Shown here: piece after piece, positions 1 to 9,341 of the stretch
Layout: each line of letters starts with the position of its first letter
Position numbering within the stretch: position 1 is the stretch's first letter
Source of the DNA: Candidatus Hydrogenedentota bacterium
Lineage (GTDB): Bacteria; Hydrogenedentota; Hydrogenedentia; Hydrogenedentales; SLHB01
Length of the DNA stretch: 60,294 nucleotides
Direction: 5' to 3'
Assembly (NCBI GenBank): GCA_045863335.1
Contig: BTVY01000046.1
Span: forward strand, 1-60,294
Position numbers and translations under genes: made by a program
The notes under the pieces: generated by a model
What the model was told of the DNA's origin: nothing
The model's input: the letters and a program-made list of their open reading frames with translations, nothing else
The model's database searches: none

Positions 1-54
1 TAAGAGGACATTTCTAATGAGTTCAAAAGAGGACATTATCAGCAAGTTTTGACA
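1..54. mobile_element. Terminal end of an insertion sequence (IS1202/ISNCY-like); element body lies left of the window
   Basis: AAGAGGACATT repeated at 2-12 and 27-37, ending in ...TTTTGACA (TGT on the reverse strand). TGT termini with repeated subterminal motifs are typical of IS1202/IS481-type ends. AT-rich relative to the window. Confidence 0.6.
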
Positions 55-98
55 AACTGGCATATGGCCCTCTGACGCAGGCGTGGCAGCTCAACGAG

Positions 99-136
99 AA
101 AAGCGGCGAGCGATCCGTAACGGACCGCTCGCCGCA
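99..136 (-). terminator. Rho-independent terminator of the EF-G-like gene
   Basis: GCGGCGAGCG...CGCTCGCCGC stem (103-136) followed by TTTT on the minus strand, about 30 nt after the stop codon. Confidence 0.75.
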
Positions 137-166
137 CAAACCTGCAAACTGCTGATAAATATCTGG

Positions 167-2203
167 TTAGCTGGCGTTGGCGCGCTGTTTTTCGTACTCC
201 GCAATAATCTGCTGCGCCACGTGTTCGGGGACTTCGTCGTAGTGGTCGAAGGTTAACGCATAGCTCCCGCGGCCGCCGGTCATGCTGCGTAAGTCCGTCG
301 AATACCGAAGGACTTCGCCCTCGGGTACATGCGCCCGGACCACTTGGCGCCCGCCGCCCACCGGCTCCATCCCGATGATACGACCGCGACGGCTGTTCAG
401 GTCGCCATTGATGTCGCCCATGAACTCGTCTGGGACGGTTACCTCGATGAGCATGATGGGTTCCAGCAGGCAGGGTTTCGCCTCTTTCACGCCCTTCTGA
501 ATCGCCATGGACGCGGCAATTTTGAAGGCCATTTCCGAGGAGTCCACGTCGTGGTACGAACCAAAGTGAAGTTCCACGATGATGTCGACCACCGGGTATC
601 CGGCGATGACGCCTTTCTCCAGGGCGTCCTGGCAACCCTTATCAACGTGCGGGATATACTGCTTCGGCACGACGCCGCCGACGATGCTGTCGACAAACTT
701 GTAGCCTTCGCCCCGGCCATTCGGGGCAACCCGCAAGTGCACGTCGCCATATTGACCGTGGCCGCCGGACTGTTTCTTATGCTTGCCCTGAACGTCCGAT
801 TTGCCTTTGACGGTTTCCTTGTACGCTACCTTCGGCGTATGTGTCTCGGCCTCGACGTGGTATTTACGCTTCATACGGTCGAGGAGGATGTCGAGCTGAA
901 GGTCGCCCATGCCTTTGACGATGTGTTCGTTGGTCGACGTATCGCGGTAGTGGCTGAAGGTCGGGTCTTCTTCCGCGATTCGATTCAGCGCCTCACCGAT
1001 CTTGTCTTCGTCAGCCCGGGACTTCGGCACGATGGCGAGCTTGACCATGGACTCCGGGAGCTTGATCTCGGGTAGGGTAATCTCCGTTCCCGGCGCGGCG
1101 ATGGTATTGCCGAAGTGCGTGTGCTTGAGCTTCGTCATGGCGGCGAGGTCGCCAGGGCCGACCGCGTCGACCTGCACCTGCTCTTTACCGTTCATGAGGT
1201 AGAGCTTCCCCGTGCGTTCTTTGGACTGGGTGGAAACGTTGTAGAAATCCGAATCCGAGCGCAGGGTGCCGGAAAGCACCCGAAAGAGGGTGAGCTGGCC
1301 GACGAAGGGGTCGACCACGGAACGGAATACCTGACCCAGGAAGGGACCTTTGGGATCGATCGTGATCTCGACATCGCCCCCGGAACCGTTCCGCCCCACC
1401 ACTTTTCGTTCGAGCGGAGTGGGAAACGCGTGGGCGATAAGGTCCAGCAGTTCCTTGAGTCCAATTTCCTTTTCGACACTGCCGCCAATGATGGGGACGA
1501 TTTTGCCTGCTCGGATGCCGTTGTGGAGGCCTTGATCGAACTCCTCGGGTGACAGCTCACCCGTCTCGAGGAATTTCTCCAGCAGGGCGTCGTCGGATTC
1601 GGCGACCACATCCACAATGCCGGACCGGACCGCGTCGATCTCGCCCGCGAGTTCGTCGGACTTACCTGTCAAGATATTGACCGCGCCGTGGAGCGACTCG
1701 CCTTCGCCCAACGGAATGACCAGCGGGACGCACTGGTTGCCGTAGGCGCTGCGGAGTTGTTCGACGACGGAGTTAAAGTTCGCATTGTCGCGATCGAGTT
1801 TGTTGACGAAGATCGCGCGCGGCGTGTTGTAGCGGTTCGCGTAGCGCATGGCGTTGTCGGTACCGACCTGCACGCCCGTCGTCGCGTCGACGACGATGAC
1901 CACGCTGTCGAGGACTGGAACGGAAGAAGCGACTTCGCCGATGAAATCGACGTAGCCGGGATGATCGACGAGATGAATGCGGCACCCGTCCCAATCCAGG
2001 TGCGTCAACTTCATGCAGATGGTCTGCTTGCGCTGGACCTCTTCTTCGAGGTAATCGCAGACCGTATTGCCTTCTTCAATCTTACCGACTCGGTTGGTTT
2101 TGCCGGCGGCGTGGAGCACGTGCTCGATAAGCATCGTCTTCCCCGTTCCGCCGTGACCTAGGATGCCAACATTACGTACACTCCCTGACTCCGAACTTGA
2201 CAT
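167..2203 (-). CDS. fusA: Elongation factor G-like GTPase (EF-G2 type)
   Basis: GHGGTGKT, DHPGYVDF, NKLD, KKQSGGHGQYG, GSYHDVDSSEMAF, DLRSMTGGRG. G2 is divergent (RKQTI) and the gene is outside the str operon, indicating a paralogue. Confidence 0.93.
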   Translation of the reverse strand: MSSSESGSVRNVGILGHGGTGKTMLIEHVLHAAGKTNRVGKIEEGNTVCDYLEEEVQRKQTICMKLTHLDWDGCRIHLVDHPGYVDFIGEVASSVPVLDSVVIVVDATTGVQVGTDNAMRYANRYNTPRAIFVNKLDRDNANFNSVVEQLRSAYGNQCVPLVIPLGEGESLHGAVNILTGKSDELAGEIDAVRSGIVDVVAESDDALLEKFLETGELSPEEFDQGLHNGIRAGKIVPIIGGSVEKEIGLKELLDLIAHAFPTPLERKVVGRNGSGGDVEITIDPKGPFLGQVFRSVVDPFVGQLTLFRVLSGTLRSDSDFYNVSTQSKERTGKLYLMNGKEQVQVDAVGPGDLAAMTKLKHTHFGNTIAAPGTEITLPEIKLPESMVKLAIVPKSRADEDKIGEALNRIAEEDPTFSHYRDTSTNEHIVKGMGDLQLDILLDRMKRKYHVEAETHTPKVAYKETVKGKSDVQGKHKKQSGGHGQYGDVHLRVAPNGRGEGYKFVDSIVGGVVPKQYIPHVDKGCQDALEKGVIAGYPVVDIIVELHFGSYHDVDSSEMAFKIAASMAIQKGVKEAKPCLLEPIMLIEVTVPDEFMGDINGDLNSRRGRIIGMEPVGGGRQVVRAHVPEGEVLRYSTDLRSMTGGRGSYALTFDHYDEVPEHVAQQIIAEYEKQRANAS

Positions 2204-2305
2204 GGCAACAATCCTCCGCCCCGTGACATGACATGACTACGCACGGTCGAGGATTGTGACGGCGGCCCGGTTCGACTGTCGTTGACATCCACGACCGGAT
2301 CTCCA

Positions 2306-2334
2306 AGTATACCCCGCCACGAGAGGGGCTACAA
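2306..2334 (-). promoter_or_regulatory. Putative sigma70 promoter for the EF-G-like gene
   Basis: TTGTAG-17 nt-TATACT on the minus strand. Confidence 0.5.
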
Positions 2335-2335
2335 G

Positions 2336-2363
2336 CTTGAACGCCGGACTTGAACGCCGGACT
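2336..2363. repeat. 13-bp tandem direct repeat
   Basis: CTTGAACGCCGGA twice, immediately upstream of the putative -35 box. Confidence 0.8.
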
Positions 2364-2433
2364 GTCAACAGCGAAAGAAAACCGTTCACCCGCGTGGAGT
2401 CCGCCCACAACCCATGGCGCTGCTACTGGCGCC

Positions 2434-2491
2434 AAATTCGAAATCCGAAGCACGAAATCCGAAACAAGCACGAAGGACCAAAATTCGAAAC
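2434..2491. repeat. Degenerate heptamer tandem repeat
   Basis: AAATTCG AAATCCG AAGCACG AAATCCG ... AAGCACG ... AAATTCG. Confidence 0.75.
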
Positions 2492-2563
2492 AATCGCCGG
2501 GCAAGCGTGTGCTCCGGATCGCCCCAAGCTGATCGCCGCTTGGCGGCCTGTTAGAATGGCGGT

Positions 2564-3736
2564 ATGAAACTGGTTTGTCTTTGCAGTGCGTTGGACCTTC
2601 GGTACCGGTATGGGTGTACGCCGGCGTGGTGGCAGTATTTGAAGGGGTTGCATGAGGAGGGGCATGACGTCATCGCGATCCCGTATATGGGAGGGGCGTT
2701 TGAGACGCCGTGGTGGCGGAGTTACCCGAACCCGTGCGACCTGGAGAGCCGTGCGTTTTCGGCGGTGAAGAAGTGGTTCGGCTCGGGGGCGACATCGACG
2801 GAGGAAGGGGCGGGCGCGTGGCTCAACAAGACGCTCCTGGAGACATGGGTCCGGCCGCGTTGGGTGGACCGGTTGTCGGGAATCCTGGCGTCGGAGCGGG
2901 ACGTGGACGCGATTATCGTGTTCACGATTCCGGTGAACCATTTCACAGGGCTGCCGACGATGATTCGCGAACGGTTCAAGGTGCCGGTGCTGTATTTCGA
3001 CGGCGATGTCCCCGCGAGCCTGCCACGGTTCAGCGGGTTCGCATCGGGATTCAAGTCGTACGAAGGCGCGGATCTCAGCGAGTACGACGGGGTTCTGTGC
3101 AATTCCGACGCGGGGGCGGACGAACTTAAGGCCATGGGCGCGCGGGACGTGCGCACAGTTCATTGGGGTATGGACCCCTCCCTTTACGAACCACTGTCCG
3201 TCCGGCAGGATCGCGATGTGTTTTTCTACGGGTATGGGATGGAATACCGGGAGGACTGGTTTGAGACCATGGTACGAATTCCGAGCCGATCGGCGCCGGG
3301 TGTGGGTTTCTTTCTCGGCGGCAAGGCGTTTCCGGATGACGTTGGCGAGGCCACCCTGCTGGGAGACGTTTCCTTTAACGCACTGCGGCTGGCCTGCTGC
3401 CGCAGCCGTATCAATCTGAATATTTCGCGTTCCACCCATGCAAGCGTGCGCGGTTCCTCCACCATGCGGCCTTTTGAGTTGGCGGCGATGGGATGCTGCA
3501 TCGTGACCAATCCGCATGAAGGCATCGAGGAATGGTTCGAGCCGGACAAAGAGATCTGCGTCGTGAATTCCGCAGAGGAGGCGGTAGAGACCTACCGTGC
3601 ACTGCTCGACGATGACGGACGAAGGCGGGCGATGGGCCTTGCGGCCCGGCAACGGGTAATGGAATGCCACACGCATCGCCACCGGGCGCGGGCGATTGTC
3701 GAGTACGTTCAACACATCAATTCGGCCAGCGGGTAG
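2564..3736 (+). CDS. Glycosyltransferase, CgeB/GT-B family
   Basis: C-terminal SRINLNISR...MRPFELAAMG...EEWFEPDKEI...HTHRHRA motifs of the CgeB-type domain. Confidence 0.82.
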   Translation: MKLVCLCSALDLRYRYGCTPAWWQYLKGLHEEGHDVIAIPYMGGAFETPWWRSYPNPCDLESRAFSAVKKWFGSGATSTEEGAGAWLNKTLLETWVRPRWVDRLSGILASERDVDAIIVFTIPVNHFTGLPTMIRERFKVPVLYFDGDVPASLPRFSGFASGFKSYEGADLSEYDGVLCNSDAGADELKAMGARDVRTVHWGMDPSLYEPLSVRQDRDVFFYGYGMEYREDWFETMVRIPSRSAPGVGFFLGGKAFPDDVGEATLLGDVSFNALRLACCRSRINLNISRSTHASVRGSSTMRPFELAAMGCCIVTNPHEGIEEWFEPDKEICVVNSAEEAVETYRALLDDDGRRRAMGLAARQRVMECHTHRHRARAIVEYVQHINSASG

Positions 3737-3782
3737 CGCTGCCAGCCCCGCGTCTATGCTATGCTGGTTTCAAGGAGATCCC

Positions 3783-4898
3783 ATGATTCGACCGGCGCCA
3801 ATTCACGCTATTGCTATCTTGATGCTTCTGCTTGCGGCAGCCACGGCTTCCGCGCAGGTGCGGCTGTCCGCTGGCGCGGGCGTTCTCTATCCCGACGATG
3901 CGACCGCGCTTCGCACTGCGGTGGAGCAATACCTCGCTGAAGTGGAGCCGATCGCGCTTCCGGGCCCGGTGGTGGGGTGCGTCGTCCCCCACTCCAGTCT
4001 GAAGATGTGCGGCCCCGTGATAGCCGGCGCGGTAAAGCCGCTGCAACGCGGACAGTACGATCGGGTTATCCTGTTGTCCCCCGCATTGCTATCGGAATTC
4101 CGCGGCTGTTCGATCCCGGCCGTGCAGTATTTCCGAACGCCCCTCGGTGATATCGAACTGGACGGACCCGCAATCCATCGCATCACGCTGAACTCAATGA
4201 TCGACACGCGATCGGTCATCTACCGGAACAGCGCGTATACCGACCCGGAGATCAACCGCACGCCGCTGCACGAGCGCGAGTTCGCAGGGGACGTGGTGTT
4301 GCCGTTTTTGCAAGTTCAGTTGGGCACATTCAAACTGTTGCCCATCGTAGTGGGTGATTTGGAGCGCAATTTGCACCGAGTCACCGGTGAGTCCAAGTTC
4401 AATTTGGACGAAGAAGCGGTTAAGGACATTGCCCAATCCATCTACGCGGTCATGGACGACCGAACGCTGGTGGTGGTCGTATCGGAGTTCACGCGGTACG
4501 GGGCGGCGAACAACTTCACGCCGTTCAATCGAAACGTGCTGCGGGGCATTGCGGAACTCGACATGGAAGCGTTCAAGCTGGTAAACGAGCGACGGTATAA
4601 AGCCTTCGAGGAATACCTTGCGGAGACGGGCAGTCCAATTACCGGTCAGGTTCCCATCCTGATCGGAATGCGCATTCTGCCGAGGGCCGCACGGGGATTG
4701 CTGATGGGGTACCAGGTATCCGCAAAAATTACGGGTGATCCGAGTACGTCCGTGAGTTATGGGGGAATTTCGTTTGTGGACGGTTCCCGGCCGATTCCGG
4801 CGCCAGCGGTAGAGATTCCCGCGGCCGCGCCCGCCCAAGACGATCCGGCAGAGCCGGAAGAATCCGAGGCAGTCGATACCGATGTTGGACCGCAGTGA
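3783..4898 (+). CDS. Memo-family (AmmeMemoRadiSam protein B-like) protein with signal peptide and degenerate metal site
   Basis: VRxxAxAGxLYP, VVPH, FRTPLGDIELD, LPFLQ, VSYGGI fold motifs. GGAG RBS before ATG 3783; signal peptide ending ASA. Confidence 0.82.
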   Translation: MIRPAPIHAIAILMLLLAAATASAQVRLSAGAGVLYPDDATALRTAVEQYLAEVEPIALPGPVVGCVVPHSSLKMCGPVIAGAVKPLQRGQYDRVILLSPALLSEFRGCSIPAVQYFRTPLGDIELDGPAIHRITLNSMIDTRSVIYRNSAYTDPEINRTPLHEREFAGDVVLPFLQVQLGTFKLLPIVVGDLERNLHRVTGESKFNLDEEAVKDIAQSIYAVMDDRTLVVVVSEFTRYGAANNFTPFNRNVLRGIAELDMEAFKLVNERRYKAFEEYLAETGSPITGQVPILIGMRILPRAARGLLMGYQVSAKITGDPSTSVSYGGISFVDGSRPIPAPAVEIPAAAPAQDDPAEPEESEAVDTDVGPQ

Positions 4899-5490
4899 AC
4901 ACTACCTGACGCCCGACGAGGAACGACTCCTGCTCCGAATCGCACGGGACGCCGTTGAACGGTGGGTGTTGGACGGCACCCAGTTGGAGTTGGATGCGTA
5001 TCCCCTGACGCCAACGTTGCGCGAGCATCACGGAGCTTTCGTTACACTGCGGCTTCATGGTCAATTGCGAGGTTGCATCGGCCACACGACGAATCGCGAG
5101 CCGCTCGCGATCAGCGTCCGGGACAATGCCATCAATGCGGCCACCCGTGACCCCCGCTTTCCCCCGCTCTCTGCCGAAGAATCGCCAGAGGTTGAGATTG
5201 AAGTTTCCGCCCTCACGCCGGGCGACGCCCCGGACACGCCGTTCAAGCGGGTGGAAGACCTCGACGAAATTCGGATCGGTCGAGATGGGCTCTATATCGA
5301 ACGGCTGGATCAACGGGGGGGACTATTGCTCCCCCAAGTCGCCACCGACCACGGCTGGACCGTTGAGCAATTCCTCTCGGCCGTTTGTATGAAGGCCGGG
5401 TACCCCGATGGCGCTTGGGCGGAACCTACAACGCGCCTGTACCGGTTCTCCGCGCAGGTATTCGGAGAACCACCGAAGCCGATCGCCTAG
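4882..5490 (+). CDS. AMMECR1 family (AmmeMemoRadiSam protein A)
   Basis: GAFVTL...LRGCIG, AATRDPRF, IEVSALT, GRDGL, GLLLPQVA, KAG. Confidence 0.93.
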   Translation: MLDRSEHYLTPDEERLLLRIARDAVERWVLDGTQLELDAYPLTPTLREHHGAFVTLRLHGQLRGCIGHTTNREPLAISVRDNAINAATRDPRFPPLSAEESPEVEIEVSALTPGDAPDTPFKRVEDLDEIRIGRDGLYIERLDQRGGLLLPQVATDHGWTVEQFLSAVCMKAGYPDGAWAEPTTRLYRFSAQVFGEPPKPIA

Positions 5491-6224
5491 CGGAAGCTCT
5501 TGTCTTCGAGGACGCGGCGCAGCAGATTAACGAGTCTTTCCGACAACTTCCCGGCTTCCGCGATCACGTCGTCGTGGGTCAACGGTTGCGGACTGCAGCA
5601 ACTGTTCGTCACACATGAAAGTACGGCGGTCCGGATGCCCAACTGCCGGCATCGCTGCACTTCCGGCGCCGTGCTCATGCCAACCACCGATCCGCCCCAT
5701 TGCTGCAACAAGCGCACTTCTGCCGGCGTCTCATACGAAGGACCATGAACCCAGACGTAGGTGCCGGTTGCATCCGCGCCATCCAGTACGAGGTCCGGCG
5801 CGATGGTGTCGGGGCGTTCCGTCCAGCCGGCGAAGGGCCACGTCAACAGCCGATCCACCGCAACGATGGCGCCGGTATCGAGATCGGGTGCGAGCCCCCC
5901 CGAGACATTGCTGAACACGATGGTTCGTATCCCCCACTCGTACAGCAGGTCCACGGGCCGGGTGATGGCACGATAGCCAAGGCCCTCGTAGAAATGGTAG
6001 CGGCCCGATTGGAGTACGACGGATGCCGACCCGACCCGGCCGAATGTGAAGGTACGCAGGTGGCCGGGCAAGGCCCCGGACGCCATCCCGTCAAAGGCGG
6101 AAAACGGCACTACGCGATCGACCTGATCCATCAGTCCGTCGAGGTTCAAACCGGACCCGGAAACGATCCCGATCGCGCCTGCGCAGTTTTGGGGTGTGTA
6201 TTGATTATCCACCGGACAACTCAC
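5487..6224 (-). CDS. Purine nucleoside phosphorylase (trimeric PNP type), shortened
   Basis: SGSGL, GRYHFYEG, GPSYETPAE, VGMSTAPE, SCVTN. Confidence 0.85.
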   Translation of the reverse strand: MSCPVDNQYTPQNCAGAIGIVSGSGLNLDGLMDQVDRVVPFSAFDGMASGALPGHLRTFTFGRVGSASVVLQSGRYHFYEGLGYRAITRPVDLLYEWGIRTIVFSNVSGGLAPDLDTGAIVAVDRLLTWPFAGWTERPDTIAPDLVLDGADATGTYVWVHGPSYETPAEVRLLQQWGGSVVGMSTAPEVQRCRQLGIRTAVLSCVTNSCCSPQPLTHDDVIAEAGKLSERLVNLLRRVLEDKSFR

Positions 6225-6293
6225 CCACGCGATTCTCCCTTCGACGAGCCGCGTCAGCGGACACGAATCAAACTCGAATAAATCACCAACCCG

Positions 6294-7352
6294 TTACGCA
6301 GGCCATGACTTCGGGAAAAAAACCCTCGTATACAACTGCAACGCGTAGGAGTCCGTCATGCCTGCGATAAAGTCTACCGTACGCCGTTCCAGAGAATCCG
6401 AGGCCAGGCCCGCGCTACTTTCCTTGGTGGGGTGCGCGAGCAAATGATAATAGAGTTCGCGAAGAATTTTCTTTGCCTTCTCGATCTCGTTATTGATGGC
6501 TTCACAGGGGTACAGGTTCCGGTACAAATAAGCTCGCAGTTCAGCCGTGGCTTCTCGCACGTCTTCGGTCATTCCGATGGAGCCGTCGCGGCATCCTTCA
6601 ATGAGCGCGATAACCATGCGGTTGATCCGTTCGGAGGATGTACGGCCCAAGACGGCTATGGCGGCACCGGGAAGATCGTCGAGGGTGATGAGCCCGCTGC
6701 GGATGGCGTCGTCGATGTCATGATTGATGTAGGCGACGGCGTCGCAGATGCTGACCACGTTAGCCTCAAGCGTGGCCGAGCCGGAGCTGTCCTTGCCCGT
6801 GAGAATCCCTTTGCTCCGCGAGTGATTGAGTATGCCGTCGCGGACTTCGAAGGTCAGGTTAAGCCCGTGCCCGTGCCGCGTGGATTCCAGCAAGTCCACC
6901 ACGCGAAGGCTCTGCTCGAAATGACGAAACCCCGGTTCGAAGACCTCGTTGAGTACCGCCTCGCCCGCGTGGCCGAATGGCGTGTGGCCGAGGTCGTGAC
7001 CCAAGGCAACGGCTTCGGTCAAGTCCTCGTTCAAGTTCAGGGCACGGGCGACCGTTCGGGCGACCTGCGAAACTTCCAGCGTGTGCGTCAGACGCGTGCG
7101 GTAGTGGTCGCCCTGGGGCGCGAGAAATACCTGCGTTTTCTGCTTGAGACGCCGGAACGCCTTGGAATGTAGGATGCGGTCGCGGTCGCGCTGGAACGCC
7201 GTTCGGTAGTCGTGCTCCGTTTCCGGACGTTGACGGCCCCGGGACTCGGCGGCTAACGCCGCAAAGCCGCTGAGGTTCCGCCGCTCGCGATCTTCCAGTT
7301 GCTCACGGACGGTACGGGGTTCGGGAAATCGTTCCGGACTTGGGATTGACAC
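6294..7352 (-). CDS. dgt: Deoxyguanosinetriphosphate triphosphohydrolase (HD-domain dGTPase)
   Basis: FQRDRDRILHSKAFRRLKQKTQV, RTRLTHTLEV, HDLGHTPFGHAGE, DFIAGMTD. GTG start chosen just after the upstream stop. Confidence 0.92.
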   Translation of the reverse strand: MSIPSPERFPEPRTVREQLEDRERRNLSGFAALAAESRGRQRPETEHDYRTAFQRDRDRILHSKAFRRLKQKTQVFLAPQGDHYRTRLTHTLEVSQVARTVARALNLNEDLTEAVALGHDLGHTPFGHAGEAVLNEVFEPGFRHFEQSLRVVDLLESTRHGHGLNLTFEVRDGILNHSRSKGILTGKDSSGSATLEANVVSICDAVAYINHDIDDAIRSGLITLDDLPGAAIAVLGRTSSERINRMVIALIEGCRDGSIGMTEDVREATAELRAYLYRNLYPCEAINNEIEKAKKILRELYYHLLAHPTKESSAGLASDSLERRTVDFIAGMTDSYALQLYTRVFFPKSWPA

Positions 7353-7356
7353 CGGT

Positions 7357-8085
7357 TTACTTGCCCTTTGCGAGTCGTTTCGCCAGTTCCACGGGCAGTC
7401 CCGCCTGGATGATCTTCCGCTGACACGCGTCGACATCATACTCCACCCGACAGAATTCGAATGTCATCTTTTCTGCGTCGAAGATTCCGTAGGCCGCGCG
7501 AGGATCGCGGTCGCGCGGTTGGCCGACGGCGCCGGGATTGATGAAGTACCGGTTGGCCGGATGAAGCTGGCGAAGATTGGTCGAGTTGGTCGTGGTATTG
7601 CCTTTTTCGCTGAAGAACGAGGGGCGATGGCTGTGGCCAAAGAAGCAGGTGGTGACTTCGCGGCCGTTCAGAAACTCGAGTTGGCGCATCGCGTCGAGCC
7701 AGTCGATGATATAGTCGTCCCGGCTGCTGGGGGAACCGTGCACGCCGAGACAGGTACCGCGAAACGTAATTTGCTCCGGGAGAGACGCCAGCCAGCGCCG
7801 GTTGTCGTCGCGCACTTGTTCGCATTGCCACTCGATGACTCGTTTGGCGGCCGCGCGAAAAAACCAAGGGTCTTCCAGACCGCAGACTGCGGCGTCATGA
7901 TTTCCCATCAGCGTGGGAATCTGCCGTTCCCGGACGATATCGACCACTTCGTTAGGTTCAGCGTTGTACCCCGTCAAATCGCCGAGACAGACGATTTTGT
8001 CCGGTTTTCGCTGATCGATCTCATGGAACACCGCTCTGGTAGCCTCCAGATTGGCGTGGAGGTCAGCAATGATGGCAATCTGCAT
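7357..8085 (-). CDS. Calcineurin-like metallophosphoesterase
   Basis: DLHAN, LGDLTGY, GNHD, HGSP, GHSH, NPGAVGQPRD. Confidence 0.9.
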   Translation of the reverse strand: MQIAIIADLHANLEATRAVFHEIDQRKPDKIVCLGDLTGYNAEPNEVVDIVRERQIPTLMGNHDAAVCGLEDPWFFRAAAKRVIEWQCEQVRDDNRRWLASLPEQITFRGTCLGVHGSPSSRDDYIIDWLDAMRQLEFLNGREVTTCFFGHSHRPSFFSEKGNTTTNSTNLRQLHPANRYFINPGAVGQPRDRDPRAAYGIFDAEKMTFEFCRVEYDVDACQRKIIQAGLPVELAKRLAKGK

Positions 8086-8327
8086 GGTTCACAATTCCCT
8101 GGCGGCAGTTTCCGCTACTCGCGTACGCTGGGAGCGATGGCGGGCATGCAGAAAGTCCGTACTTCCGAGCTTCTGCCGCATCTAGGGTTACTTGAAATCG
8201 GCGCCAGGCGATTCTGGCACTCACGACCGGGCGTCTCTGCGCATGGCGAGCCGCTGTCCGAGCACGCGCTAGAATTGGGACGCCTTCCCCAAAACCTGCC
8301 CCGAATCGGCGCGGATACTGGTAGTTT

Positions 8328-9341
8328 TCAGAAGTCTTGCTCCTGGACTTTGGGCCGTTCATGACGTCCCGATCGATCGATGATTTTCCGTAACTGCAGC
8401 ACTTTCTTGTGAGCGTGTTGGTTGCGTGGATCCAGTTGAAGCACCTTCTCCATCACGGCCAACGCCTCCGAATACTCACGACGCTTAATGTGTTGCACCC
8501 CAATGTTGAATTGGGCTGCAAGACTCTTCTTACGAAGACGCCCAGAATGCGGAAACCGCTTCGCCGCGAGCCGGTACTGCTCAAGGGCCCCAGCATAGTT
8601 GCGCGTCTCGAAATAAAAGTCGCCCATGGTCTCTTCCTGGCTCAGATCGTCGGCGACTTCCTGGGATTTCTTGGCCTCTTTCTCCTCCTTGCGCTTGGCG
8701 GCATATTCTTCAGGAGTATATACATTGGCAACCGCCGACGCTTCAACGAGAATGCTGATATTATTCGTGTTCTCTTCCGTCGGGATCAGATGAAACCGGC
8801 TGTCTTCAACGTTGTACGGGTGCAACGTGCATCCGCGGATTATCTCGCCATCGGAAAACTCGACGACCACTTCGTTGCCTTCGGGTGTCCACTCCCGGTA
8901 ACGAGTGCTGCGATCGTATTTGCCATCGAAGCTTTTGACATAGAACACCGCCTTGATGTCGGCGTAACGGATCTGCGTCGTCGAACCGTAAGAAATTCCT
9001 TGCTCGTCCATCTCGTCCAGATGAAAGGTGGTCTCGCGCGGACTCAAGGCGAAGCAAACGCCGCGCGCCACGCGGCCATCCTTGAAACGGACGACAAGGC
9101 GTTGACGCGTTTGCCGCTTTTTTTGATGTTCGGATCGCCGTTGTATCCGTTCCTCGCGGACTTTGCGCTGTTCCTGCCGTTTGACCCACCATTCGTCGCC
9201 CAGACCGGCGGGGCGGACCTCCGTTAGGTACAGCCCTTTGCGCCCGACTTCGTTGATCGCATCTGCTTCGCTCTCCGCATCGAGAACGCCAAACGTCTCA
9301 TTGCCGCTCGCATCGATTGCCTTGTACGCGTATTTACCCAC
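8328..9341 (-). CDS. Soluble protein: PilC/GspF-like N-terminal motif, duplicated beta module (DUF6982-like), C-terminal TPR
   Basis: N-terminus YxYKAIDxxGxxxxGxLxAxSxxxAxxxVxxxGLY; two repeats VVxFxDGxxxxG...FHL; TPR helices at the C-terminus. GGGAG RBS before GTG 9341. Confidence 0.7.
   Translation of the reverse strand: MGKYAYKAIDASGNETFGVLDAESEADAINEVGRKGLYLTEVRPAGLGDEWWVKRQEQRKVREERIQRRSEHQKKRQTRQRLVVRFKDGRVARGVCFALSPRETTFHLDEMDEQGISYGSTTQIRYADIKAVFYVKSFDGKYDRSTRYREWTPEGNEVVVEFSDGEIIRGCTLHPYNVEDSRFHLIPTEENTNNISILVEASAVANVYTPEEYAAKRKEEKEAKKSQEVADDLSQEETMGDFYFETRNYAGALEQYRLAAKRFPHSGRLRKKSLAAQFNIGVQHIKRREYSEALAVMEKVLQLDPRNQHAHKKVLQLRKIIDRSGRHERPKVQEQDF

Noticed and set aside
6294-7352. dGTPase as an anti-phage defence gene
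   Set aside because: Looks like the ordinary short housekeeping type, and there is no defence-island context.
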